IMG/VR virus record: IMGVR_UViG_3300012000_000008
Coordinates: 26,749-90,748 of that record
DNA: 64,000 nt
Direction: 5' to 3' (one strand)
Source: a virus
The position numbers were made by a program, and so were the translations under genes. This document shows positions 28,835 to 37,391 of this stretch, piece by piece (the stretch's first letter is position 1; the number at the start of each line of letters is the position of its first letter). The notes under the pieces were generated by a model. The model made no database searches. It saw nothing but the letters and a program-made list of their open reading frames with translations, and was not told the DNA's origin.

Positions 28835-29692
28835 ATGAACATTTATTTTAGCTTCTGGCAGAGTGGTTGGAGAAAGAGCAATCTAAACATGGACATGTGG
28901 AGATTGAGTTTTGAATTGGTTAAGAAGCATTATGGTAATAAAAAACTGTATCTTATTACTGACACGCAAAGCATGCATCTTTTTAAAAATTATGATTTTA
29001 CCGAAATTTTACCCATTTTAGATGGCATACCCGATTTTCAAAAAGTATGGTGCTTGGGCAAAATTTTTGCATACAAACATGCAGTTAGCATGGGCCCATT
29101 CTTGCATTTGGATGCTGATGTATTCTTATGGGAGCCATTGCCTGAATCTTTGCTGCAATCTGAAGTTTTTTGTCAATCACCTGACAAGCCCAGATTATTT
29201 GAAAAAGGATTAAAATTTTCACCTTATGATATTGATCATGTTAAAAAAGAATATGGCAAAGTGCCCCAAGACTGGCAAACATTGCTGGATACTAACTATG
29301 ATATCCAAGCTTATAATGTGGGCATATTTGGTGGAACAAATTTAAAATTCATTTCAGAATATTGTGACTATGTGTTAGAAATGGTAAATGATTCACAGTT
29401 TTATGATTTGTGGAGAGGCATAAACAAAGGTTACAGTGTTCATGCATGTTTGCCTTGCATGTTGGAACAAATGAATTTAACTTTGTTTGCAGAGAAGAAA
29501 AACATAAAGATTAACTGTCTCCTGGATGATTTTTATGATTTAAAAAATAAATCTTATCTCAAATACAGTCATTTAATGTTGCTCAAAGACAAACATTACA
29601 TTATGCAAAGGGTATCCGAAAGAGTAAGAAAAAATCCTATTGATTTAGAAGTAAAAAAAGTTTCTATTGATGAATGGAATATACATGTCTGA
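28835..29692 (+). CDS. Putative glycosyltransferase (DUF6734-like)
   Basis: [29 protein letters not shown] and LEQ. Confidence 0.6.
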   Translation: MNIYFSFWQSGWRKSNLNMDMWRLSFELVKKHYGNKKLYLITDTQSMHLFKNYDFTEILPILDGIPDFQKVWCLGKIFAYKHAVSMGPFLHLDADVFLWEPLPESLLQSEVFCQSPDKPRLFEKGLKFSPYDIDHVKKEYGKVPQDWQTLLDTNYDIQAYNVGIFGGTNLKFISEYCDYVLEMVNDSQFYDLWRGINKGYSVHACLPCMLEQMNLTLFAEKKNIKINCLLDDFYDLKNKSYLKYSHLMLLKDKHYIMQRVSERVRKNPIDLEVKKVSIDEWNIHV

Positions 29693-29846
29693 AAATTGCA
29701 AATTTTGGATAGACAGGCAGAAAACACAATGTGGAAAACCTGCTACCCAGGTGTTTTCAATACCTGGCATGCAACCACAAGAAGTTTGTGAAGAACACTA
29801 CCAAGCTTGGATGCATCATTTTGGTTTAAATACAGAAAAAAAATAA
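29685..29846 (+). CDS. Small C3H zinc-finger-like protein (53 aa, not in ORF track)
   Basis: CKFW...TQCGKPA...VCEEH. Confidence 0.55.
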   Translation: MSENCKFWIDRQKTQCGKPATQVFSIPGMQPQEVCEEHYQAWMHHFGLNTEKK

Positions 29847-29854
29847 ATAATTTT

Positions 29855-30037
29855 ATGCACAAATGTGAATTCATAGTGGATGTTGATGCAAGAACACCTT
29901 GTAATGAGCAGGCTTCAGATCAAGATTTTATTTATGAGAATAATGTGAAAAGATTTTATTGTCAAAAACACCTCAAAAAGACGCTGTCCATGTTAGGTTA
30001 CGACAGAACATCCAGTTTGTACGATACAGAAGAATGA
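29855..30037 (+). CDS. Small C3H zinc-finger-like protein
   Basis: CEFI...TPCNEQA...YCQKH; ATG follows a TAAATA box. Confidence 0.55.
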   Translation: MHKCEFIVDVDARTPCNEQASDQDFIYENNVKRFYCQKHLKKTLSMLGYDRTSSLYDTEE

Positions 30038-30039
30038 TA

Positions 30040-30573
30040 TTATTTTAATTGTTTGTTTGCGCACAAGCAATGTTCATGATAAGGGCAAGGCCTGCAGCGC
30101 CCTTGTTTATTAAATTCATTGTCATAATAAATGTCTGGCCGTATACACGTGCCACCATGGGGAACTTGGCATTTGCCAGGGCCACCTGTCATTTCTTCAA
30201 TCCATGTTTTGGAACATGTCTTCATGGTTTCTTGCCTCTCATACCAATCTCTTTCATTCTTTTCAGTTTGTTCTCTGAGCTGCTTCATTTCTTCTGCAGT
30301 CATTCTGGACTTGCCTCTGGCTTTCTTGAGCAGTTTTAACCGGGCCAAAGCATGCAAATTAATGGCAAAAGGCTTCTTGCCTGCAGGCAACAGTTTCATT
30401 TGTACTTGATCTGGTGGAATGCGTTGACGCAAAAGCCGTTTAGCCTCTGTGCATACAAAATGCTCCTCAAACTGTTCCAAGTTACCAAATCTCAGTGATT
30501 GCTTGTTTATGGTCATGCCAGAAACACGTTTCTCAATGCCAGTTACTATGCAACTCATGACTTTTGAACTCAT
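30040..30573 (-). CDS. Hypothetical Cys-rich protein
   Basis: CIVTG N-terminus; C-terminal CIRPDIY...CRPCPYHEHCLC. Confidence 0.65.
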   Translation of the reverse strand: MSSKVMSCIVTGIEKRVSGMTINKQSLRFGNLEQFEEHFVCTEAKRLLRQRIPPDQVQMKLLPAGKKPFAINLHALARLKLLKKARGKSRMTAEEMKQLREQTEKNERDWYERQETMKTCSKTWIEEMTGGPGKCQVPHGGTCIRPDIYYDNEFNKQGRCRPCPYHEHCLCANKQLK

Positions 30574-30636
30574 GTTTTTATTATACAGGAAAAAAAATAG
30601 CTTTCCATTGTTTTTATTTTATCATATAATATTAAC

Positions 30637-30954
30637 ATGCAGGAACTAGAAGAAATTCTGTGTGAATTGTACCATGCTTCAGAAGAAGCTGGCAAAGAAA
30701 TTTATGTGGATACAGATGTGTATGAAGAAGAAGGTTTTTATATTGTTATCAGTCATAAAGGACACATTGGTGCATTTGGCATAATTACAGAAGAAAATGG
30801 GCATGAGCACAACATATTTCTGTTACTGGATGACAAGCGCATCAAATACTTGCATGATGAAGGGTTTCATTTGAATGATTTCTACCAGGCCATGGGTGAA
30901 AAACTGTTCATTAAATTGACAAAAGAAGCATTTATTGCTGAAATGACCAAATAA
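30637..30954 (+). CDS. Hypothetical acidic protein
   Basis: 105-aa ORF with TATAAT 6 nt upstream. Confidence 0.6.
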   Translation: MQELEEILCELYHASEEAGKEIYVDTDVYEEEGFYIVISHKGHIGAFGIITEENGHEHNIFLLLDDKRIKYLHDEGFHLNDFYQAMGEKLFIKLTKEAFIAEMTK

Positions 30955-31017
30955 ACCAGTAGATCTTGGTTTTTTATATGTTATAATTTATTAATCATGA
31001 GAGGAGGTAAGAAACAA

Positions 31018-31218
31018 ATGACAATCGACTATACGAACAAGGATCTGCGTGCTAAGACCTTTTTCGTTAAGATTGAGCGTAGCCGCAGCGGTGAGTTTAT
31101 CGTGAAGCGTGCCAAGGTTCTTAACCAGAAGAACCAGTATGCTCGTTCCATTAGCCGTGTTGATGCTCGCGATCTAACCCGCGCCATCAACCGCAGTGGT
31201 GGTCTTAACGTTGCCTAA
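31018..31218 (+). CDS. Small basic protein, probably highly expressed
   Basis: SD GAGGAGGT, CGT/CGC/AAC/AAG codon bias, downstream terminator. Confidence 0.7.
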   Translation: MTIDYTNKDLRAKTFFVKIERSRSGEFIVKRAKVLNQKNQYARSISRVDARDLTRAINRSGGLNVA

Positions 31219-31253
31219 TTTTATTTAGGCGCTTAATTAATTAAGCGAGTACC

Positions 31254-31296
31254 AGAGGGGTGCAAGAGTCAAAAGCTTTTGCACCCCTCTTTTTTT
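31254..31296 (+). terminator. Rho-independent terminator
   Basis: AGAGGGGTGCAAGAG...CTTTTGCACCCCTCT followed by a T-run. Confidence 0.8.
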
Positions 31297-31331
31297 CTTG
31301 TAATGCCCCTGATTTCCCTTATAATATGGGC

Positions 31332-31553
31332 ATGATAAAAGAACCACCGTTTCCAATTGGATTCAAGAAACCCATTGTAAATTTACCTGCTGAAAAAATG
31401 CGTAACCGCTTTGGTCGCATGGTGTATGAAGGAAAAGTCGGGGGAGCTATAGAAATACATACAGCACAATCGTGGAAAGAAAATAAGAAATATTTTTTTG
31501 CTGATGGCGCAAGAAGCGCTGTTAAAAATTTTTCAAAAAACGTCTGCAATTAA
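31332..31553 (+). CDS. Hypothetical protein
   Basis: ATG 6 nt after TATAAT; PPFPIGFKKP. Confidence 0.5.
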   Translation: MIKEPPFPIGFKKPIVNLPAEKMRNRFGRMVYEGKVGGAIEIHTAQSWKENKKYFFADGARSAVKNFSKNVCN

Positions 31554-32323
31554 AGCTTTTTGTACCTACCACAGCTTCTAAATTTAAGACCGTAATATTT
31601 AAACCACTTATTTAACAGCTCAGCGCTAACGTTATTTAGCTGCTTTCTAATCTGTAATTTATTAAGATGTTGTTTGAAATAAAAATCTATAAGAATTTTT
31701 TTATCTGGTATAGGCTTCTCAATGCCTATTACACGGTCTAAAGTTATATTATAGGTTTTAAACCATTTATAAATTAAAGAAGCGCTGACTTTATAAATCC
31801 TACTTATTTCTTTAGGTGTTTTATTTTGTAAGAGATTAATTAAAGTCTCTTTATTAGGTTTTTTAAAACAATATTCTCTATTTTTTTTAGGGGGTATATT
31901 AAGCATTTTAAACCATTTGCAGACTGTCATATCAGAAACATTGAATTTAGTAGCAATTTTTTTAAAGGACATATTGCGGTTAAAATACATTTTCTCTAAA
32001 ATTGTTTTTTTAGGAAGCTTTTTTGTAATAGTAATTTTAATTAAATGGTATTGATTACTATTTAGATTTCGCCTTCTACCATAAGACATAGCACTTAGTG
32101 CATTTTTAAGTTTATTATTTTTTGGATATGCTTTACATAAAATTAAATGTGCAAAATAATGTTCTCTAGGGGTGAGAATTATAATATTGTTTTTGTTATT
32201 GGAGCCTCCTAAACATTTTGGTTTTATATGATGTCTTTCCGTATAGTTAAAGTTTGTTTTATTAGAAGAACGAGATGATATGAATTTTCTATATAAATCT
32301 TTATAATAGAAAGAACTTTTCAT
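31550..32323 (-). CDS. HNH homing endonuclease with C-terminal HTH repeats
   Basis: ERHHIKPKCLGGSN...LTPREHYFAHLIL; three repeats ending in KWFK. Confidence 0.85.
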   Translation of the reverse strand: MKSSFYYKDLYRKFISSRSSNKTNFNYTERHHIKPKCLGGSNNKNNIIILTPREHYFAHLILCKAYPKNNKLKNALSAMSYGRRRNLNSNQYHLIKITITKKLPKKTILEKMYFNRNMSFKKIATKFNVSDMTVCKWFKMLNIPPKKNREYCFKKPNKETLINLLQNKTPKEISRIYKVSASLIYKWFKTYNITLDRVIGIEKPIPDKKILIDFYFKQHLNKLQIRKQLNNVSAELLNKWFKYYGLKFRSCGRYKKL

Positions 32324-32400
32324 AAAATTATTTATGTCCGTATACTATTAGCCCAAATAACTTCTTGAAAAAAGTAAAATTTCTTTTATTATAAAAGCAC

Positions 32401-32664
32401 ATGAAGATTATTAAAAAAGATTTTGATAATGTAGTAAATGACTGTGCTGCAGTCAACATTGCCAGAACCAGAGGTGGCACAGTAATTGAATTAACCTTCA
32501 AACCACATGCAGGATCCACACAAGGGCACAAGGTGTACATAACAAAAAAAGAAGTGAATTCTTTGATTACTAACCTTAAATCTACTGTAGATGCATATGA
32601 ATGTATGCATGACCCTTATGGATACTATTACAAGAAGACAGCAGTTGCTGGACGGGATTCATAA
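32401..32664 (+). CDS. Hypothetical protein
   Basis: 87-aa ORF. Confidence 0.55.
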   Translation: MKIIKKDFDNVVNDCAAVNIARTRGGTVIELTFKPHAGSTQGHKVYITKKEVNSLITNLKSTVDAYECMHDPYGYYYKKTAVAGRDS

Positions 32665-32887
32665 CTTATCTACAGATGAGATAGAAACTCGTCGTCATGA
32701 GTTGGACATGTACTTTTTAACAGGTATACCACCACTGTGGGCTGTCAGCAAAGCCAAAAGTTTCTTGGACGTAGACTATTTAGATGATCGTTTTCTGGAA
32801 CACTATCAATGCATGCTCAACATGGAATGCCTGGACAGATGCAAAAGTTTCAAGTTAGTACCAGTACTGGAATTTATATACAATTAA
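32591..32887 (+). CDS. Hypothetical protein (start uncertain)
   Basis: ORF overlaps the upstream gene. Confidence 0.45.
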   Translation: MHMNVCMTLMDTITRRQQLLDGIHNLSTDEIETRRHELDMYFLTGIPPLWAVSKAKSFLDVDYLDDRFLEHYQCMLNMECLDRCKSFKLVPVLEFIYN

Positions 32888-34707
32888 TCTGATTCAATAA
32901 ACGTCAAGGTTGCGTATTGCTCTTTTGAATTTGAATCTAAAGGAGTGAATACTAACCACAATTCATCTCTCTGGCCTGCAACAGAGCAACCCAATCTTAA
33001 AAACTTTTCAAACCTACTACCCTCTAAATTAATAGAATTGTTAATATTAGACACACCAGAAGCAATTACAGTACCACCAGTAACTGTAACTGTGTTATCC
33101 GGTACTACAGCATATTGAAAGTTACTGTTTACATCCACATCATTCCATGTAACTGCAGATCCTCCCAGCGTAGGATTAATTACCAATTCATAACGAAATC
33201 CTGCAGGAGATGATGCGCTTTGAGGCAAATCATATATACTTGCATTTAAAACTTCGTTTACACTATCAAGCTTTTGTGACTGTAATCTTACCCCTATAAG
33301 TGCCCTTCTATTTTTTGAAGTGGTAATGGTAATAGCAGTAGTACCGGTATCTACTGCACGTGTCACCCCAGTAAAATCTGCACCAGCTTCTGACATGATG
33401 GAGCAACATATAATTTTCATGGTAGCAGTACCTGCTCCAATCTGCCTTATCTCTGCTCTTACAGGCAAGTTGGGTGTGAGCATGTAAGCACCTGCCACGT
33501 TACCTGCATTGTTGAATGCATGGCAGTAACATATTTGACCATCAATGCAAAAACCAAAACGAGTACGGCCTACACCCAACCACTCATAATCAATGATAAA
33601 GATATTAGCAGCAGACAATTGCAATGTCTTGCCACTGGGGCCTTTACCGTCTAATTTGTCTATGTTCCAATCCTCACGTCGAGCTGATACAGTGGGCACC
33701 AAGAAGCCATTGTTTTGCTGTATAACAGCAATAGAACTAGGAGAATCAGTTTGTGTTTCAAAGTACAATCCACAATTAGGATTATAAGGAGCAGCAGTTA
33801 AGCTTTGGAACGATCCAATTCTTTTGATGGCATTGGAAACAGGTGTAAGAACTCCAGTATACAAGCACAATTGAGACTTGCCTGGTTGGTAATTGAACCT
33901 CTGCGTGGTTTGACGTATGGCATATGCACCATTGGCAGCTGCTGATAGTGTGACACTGGCATCTGTGCCTTCACCTGTAAATTGCACTACAGCACCTGTG
34001 CCCACAGCTGTTTGTGACCAGAATAAACTTGATTTGTTGTGCAATGTTTTGCTGTCAAAAAGAGTAGTAGGAAATGAAACTCTTAATCTGCTAAAAGCAT
34101 CCAAGTTACCAGAATCAAGCGGGTAGGCCACATTTATTGATGCAGAAGCAGGGTTTAAAACAGTTACAGAACCTGCAATAGGAAGTGTTTGTGCAGCACT
34201 AACGCCCACTGTGTTGATTACTTGCAGTGCAGTGACTGGATTGAGTATAGTTATTGCACCAGAAACTGCAGCTGTGTTAATAACTGTGGCCAGAAGAGAT
34301 GTAACTGGGTTGAGTATGGTCACATTACCTGATACTGGAGTAGTTCCATACGGTATAACAGAAACTGCTCCCATTTCATAACTAATGCCAGATACAACAG
34401 CTGTGCTTGTTCTGATAACTTGAGCATGAGTACTGGTACCTGTAGTATAATGATCTACCAGCCCAACATCCCCAATATCCACATTGCTGGCAGACAGAAC
34501 CAATTGAATGTCTGATGCATTTGCCAGGTATGTTATGACACCATATTTGGGATAAACATACAGTGAGCTAACAGAAGCTGTAGAAGAATCAGCATACTCC
34601 CACTTGACAACTGAAATAGGAGGAAATCTTGCATCGTCCTGAATTTGAACAAACTTCTGGTATTCCACCAATTCTTGATTGCTTCTTACATCTGGGTTAT
34701 AAGACAT
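32884..34707 (-). CDS. Virion structural protein (probable lectin-like/beta-sandwich C-terminal domain)
   Basis: DAFSRLRVSFPTTLFD, YQPGKSQ and WLGVGRTRFGF motifs seen in phage structural proteins; V/I-T-I/V-LNP repeats. Confidence 0.65.
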   Translation of the reverse strand: MSYNPDVRSNQELVEYQKFVQIQDDARFPPISVVKWEYADSSTASVSSLYVYPKYGVITYLANASDIQLVLSASNVDIGDVGLVDHYTTGTSTHAQVIRTSTAVVSGISYEMGAVSVIPYGTTPVSGNVTILNPVTSLLATVINTAAVSGAITILNPVTALQVINTVGVSAAQTLPIAGSVTVLNPASASINVAYPLDSGNLDAFSRLRVSFPTTLFDSKTLHNKSSLFWSQTAVGTGAVVQFTGEGTDASVTLSAAANGAYAIRQTTQRFNYQPGKSQLCLYTGVLTPVSNAIKRIGSFQSLTAAPYNPNCGLYFETQTDSPSSIAVIQQNNGFLVPTVSARREDWNIDKLDGKGPSGKTLQLSAANIFIIDYEWLGVGRTRFGFCIDGQICYCHAFNNAGNVAGAYMLTPNLPVRAEIRQIGAGTATMKIICCSIMSEAGADFTGVTRAVDTGTTAITITTSKNRRALIGVRLQSQKLDSVNEVLNASIYDLPQSASSPAGFRYELVINPTLGGSAVTWNDVDVNSNFQYAVVPDNTVTVTGGTVIASGVSNINNSINLEGSRFEKFLRLGCSVAGQRDELWLVFTPLDSNSKEQYATLTFIESD

Positions 34708-34741
34708 TATAAATATTTAATAGAAAGTATAAATATATTAT

Positions 34742-35002
34742 ATGGCAGATAACATTACATACACTTACGTAGACAATTTTCAAACCCGTATTTTTAACAG
34801 TTTTGTTAATTTAACCAAAGCTAATCCTACTGCTTATCCTGCTATTTCTTCTGTAAAATATGAATACAATGACACAGCACTAGGTGGCTCTAATGTGCCT
34901 GTTTTAACAGCAGTTTACATATATGATCAGTGGGCATTCCGTGTGGCATCGCTATCTGGATTTAGCACAGCTGGTGGCTTGCAGACACCTTATGGCCCAT
35001 AA
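34742..35002 (+). CDS. Small protein homologous to the N-terminus of 32884..34707
   Basis: YPAISSVKYEYND versus FPPISVVKWEYAD. Confidence 0.6.
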   Translation: MADNITYTYVDNFQTRIFNSFVNLTKANPTAYPAISSVKYEYNDTALGGSNVPVLTAVYIYDQWAFRVASLSGFSTAGGLQTPYGP

Positions 35003-35037
35003 GTTGCACTAGTATATTTTTCATATATAATGATTGT

Positions 35038-35184
35038 ATGGCTGGCAAAGGATCTAAACCTCGTCCTGTAAAGAAAAAGACATTTGATAATAACTTTGAT
35101 CAAATTAACTGGTCAACTGTTCAGAATCAACAAGTTAGAAACTTTGTATCCAAAAAAGGCAAAAAGATTTACAAATATTCTTGA
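35038..35184 (+). CDS. Small conserved phage protein (48 aa, not in ORF track)
   Basis: MAGKGSKPRPV...FDNNFDQINW; TATAAT 6 nt upstream. Confidence 0.65.
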   Translation: MAGKGSKPRPVKKKTFDNNFDQINWSTVQNQQVRNFVSKKGKKIYKYS

Positions 35185-35215
35185 CAGCAGCCATTGTTTC
35201 CGTTACAATAGTATT

Positions 35216-35509
35216 ATGAAATTGACACCTGAAGCTGAGCAGTACTTGGATACTCTGGAAATGCTATCCAAATCTTTTGATTTCTATGAGATGGAGAGCC
35301 GCAAGCTAGATAAAGAAGCAGCAGGCTTGGAGTTTCAAGCTGATGGTGAAGATTTTGCTGCAAAACTAGAAAAAGTTGATAAGAAAATGGAAGAACTGTA
35401 TGTGCGTTACACAAAAGACCGTAAAATTTATTTGGATACCATTCAACAAGTAAAGAATTATTTCTTCAACAAATATGGGGTAGTTCTGGACCTGGACGAA
35501 TACAAATAA
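35216..35509 (+). CDS. Hypothetical coiled-coil protein
   Basis: ATG follows a TTGACA-17-TACAAT promoter. Confidence 0.6.
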   Translation: MKLTPEAEQYLDTLEMLSKSFDFYEMESRKLDKEAAGLEFQADGEDFAAKLEKVDKKMEELYVRYTKDRKIYLDTIQQVKNYFFNKYGVVLDLDEYK

Positions 35510-35820
35510 TGCCCTGGAAAAGAATTAAACAAGGCGCTCCCTTCACTTTTCAAGAGCTAGTCTTCTTCTCACCTCGTCAATTTGATACTCCTGTAGAACT
35601 AGAAGAAAAAGAATTCATTTTTCGTCTCAAAGTGTGTGTAAATTCTGGACGTTGCTTCACAGGTCCTTTTTATGATGATGTGGCCGGTGAAGAAGAAATA
35701 ACTAGTAAAGAATTTAAAAATCTCATGGACATGGTACACAGTACCCCTGGCATTATTATAACAGGCAAAGAGTATGTGAGGTATGATGACTATGGGGGTT
35801 TAAAAAAGATTTACGGGTAG
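35509..35820 (+). CDS. Hypothetical protein
   Basis: 103-aa ORF with TAATG coupling. Confidence 0.55.
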   Translation: MPWKRIKQGAPFTFQELVFFSPRQFDTPVELEEKEFIFRLKVCVNSGRCFTGPFYDDVAGEEEITSKEFKNLMDMVHSTPGIIITGKEYVRYDDYGGLKKIYG

Positions 35821-35822
35821 AT

Positions 35823-36073
35823 GGCCCAGTAGTCCAACGGCAGAGACAAACGACTTTATTTGGAGTCCTTACATAGGAATATGTATGAAAAAAGCTGTAA
35901 ATTCGGTGAACGCTTAACTGCCAATACCGAGCCAAACCTATAGGGAGGTGTAGAGACTATAATCAGCTACTCAGAACGGGTAAAGGTATAGTCCAGACCA
36001 CAAACATAATGGTAGCGAAAGCTATAGTGGTAAGAAAATCGTTCAAGTGTCAGTTCGAGTCTGACCTGGGCCA
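35823..36073 (+). tRNA. trnL: tRNA-Leu(TAA), short variable loop, interrupted by a group I intron (exons 35823-35856 and 36035-36073)
   Basis: GGCCCAG/CTGGGCC-A; the spliced anticodon arm is AACGA-CTT^AAAA-TCGTT; T-arm GTCAG-TTCGAGT-CTGAC. Confidence 0.88.
35857..36034 (+). mobile_element. Group I intron (IC3-like), 178 nt, no ORF
   Basis: P1 GACTT/GAGTC with U-G at the splice site; P3 AGCTG/CAGCT; core AAATTCGGTGAA...AATACCGAGCC; P7 GACTA/TAGTC; terminal G. Confidence 0.88.
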
Positions 36074-36082
36074 TAATATTTT

Positions 36083-36370
36083 ATGAGCATAGACAATATA
36101 TTAAAACAAATCATTGGACATCAGAAGATGTTTGCATGGATTATCAAAGAAACAGAAAAAATCTTTAAAAAGATTGTGGATTTGGAAACAAAACAATTTG
36201 ATGCTAAAAAATATGAAAAGCTCAGAGACATGCTCATAGAATTGCAGTTAAGATATCAGCAAGATAGAATACAATATCAAAAATCTTTTAAACTCTTAAA
36301 AAAGACATTCAAAGAAAATTACGGCATTAACATTGTAGCTTTATTAGAAAGTGATATTGGTGCAAAATGA
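36083..36370 (+). CDS. Hypothetical coiled-coil protein (paralog of 35216..35509)
   Basis: Shared EL..RY..DR..Y and YG motifs. Confidence 0.6.
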   Translation: MSIDNILKQIIGHQKMFAWIIKETEKIFKKIVDLETKQFDAKKYEKLRDMLIELQLRYQQDRIQYQKSFKLLKKTFKENYGINIVALLESDIGAK

Positions 36371-36404
36371 TGGCATTACTCTGTAAGCATAGTATAATAC
36401 TAGT

Positions 36405-36605
36405 ATGAAATTGACAGATCTTATGGACAAAAAAATATTGTTTGTTCATTTTCCTGTGTCTAAGCATGCAGTCATTGAAGGAACAGTAAAAGAATTATCG
36501 CCTTCTAAAAATTTTGTAAAAATAAATAATGATTGGTATTTGATTGAAAATATCAGGATTCTGGAATTATTTTCTGATGATAAGAAGAAATTAGGCTTTA
36601 GCTAA
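36405..36605 (+). CDS. Hypothetical protein
   Basis: 66-aa ORF with TATAAT 6 nt upstream. Confidence 0.6.
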   Translation: MKLTDLMDKKILFVHFPVSKHAVIEGTVKELSPSKNFVKINNDWYLIENIRILELFSDDKKKLGFS

Positions 36606-37391
36606 TTCATTGTCCGCATAATTATAAAAATGTTTGTATGCATGCAAAAAGGCCACATCTGCTTGTTCATGCATGGGCACAGTCCATCCACTCTTGTCAA
36701 ACCAATTGCCCTGATTTTTTGAATCATATTGTGCCCAGTCTGCCCAAATTCCTGTTTTTAGATTAGCATGTTGAAATACGAAACTTAAACTAGCATCTGA
36801 CCATTCAACAGGCCTGGTGTCCAGTGCATAAATTTCATTCCAATTAATGTTTTTTATGTTTTTAAAGGCTTGAATAAAGCTGGTTCTTTTGAAAATAGTA
36901 CCACCGCATGCACCATAGCTTTGCAAAGAACCATTTCTATTCCAATGATTTCTTGTGTTCTTGTTTTCATTGTGTAGATTGCATAAAAAATTAAAAAGCT
37001 CAGGCTTCCACAATGGTCCATTGGCCCCTTCCAAATCAAGATCAGGGTATTTTGCTATACGTCTCTTGCACCAAACATCATCTTCAAACAAAATTATGTA
37101 ATCTGTGTCGTTCAAATAACCTGTACAAGAGGCATATATTCTTTCCAACCATTTCAAATTTGTCTCTAAGTTGTGTACAGGCCGGCCAAAATGCTTTGAG
37201 CTAATACCTGATTGATTGATCTGTGTTAAATTGACGGAAAATTTTTCTTTAATAACATCATACTTCTTGCTACCATCTTCAATTAAATCTATTTTCTCTG
37301 TTGGATAATATTTTCTAAAACTTTCAATAGCTTTGTAACATGCAACTAGTTTATGACCAGACTGATACCAAACACCAATACTATAATGCAT
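36591..37391 (-). CDS. Putative glycosyltransferase (GT-A)
   Basis: LIEDG, ILFEDDVW and YGACGGTIF. Confidence 0.6.
   Translation of the reverse strand: MHYSIGVWYQSGHKLVACYKAIESFRKYYPTEKIDLIEDGSKKYDVIKEKFSVNLTQINQSGISSKHFGRPVHNLETNLKWLERIYASCTGYLNDTDYIILFEDDVWCKRRIAKYPDLDLEGANGPLWKPELFNFLCNLHNENKNTRNHWNRNGSLQSYGACGGTIFKRTSFIQAFKNIKNINWNEIYALDTRPVEWSDASLSFVFQHANLKTGIWADWAQYDSKNQGNWFDKSGWTVPMHEQADVAFLHAYKHFYNYADNELAKA

Noticed and set aside
28399-28842. Alternative-frame ORFs (poly-GV, poly-HL, CRCR) over the PT repeat
   Set aside because: They are by-products of a stop-free hexamer repeat; only the PT frame has a promoter/start context and wobble-position variation.
35851-35860. Alternative splice site one U later (Lys-like or ochre reading)
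   Set aside because: With the terminal G at 36034 this gives an 8-nt loop. The U34 site gives a 7-nt loop and matches the Leu-type A73 and A15-U48.
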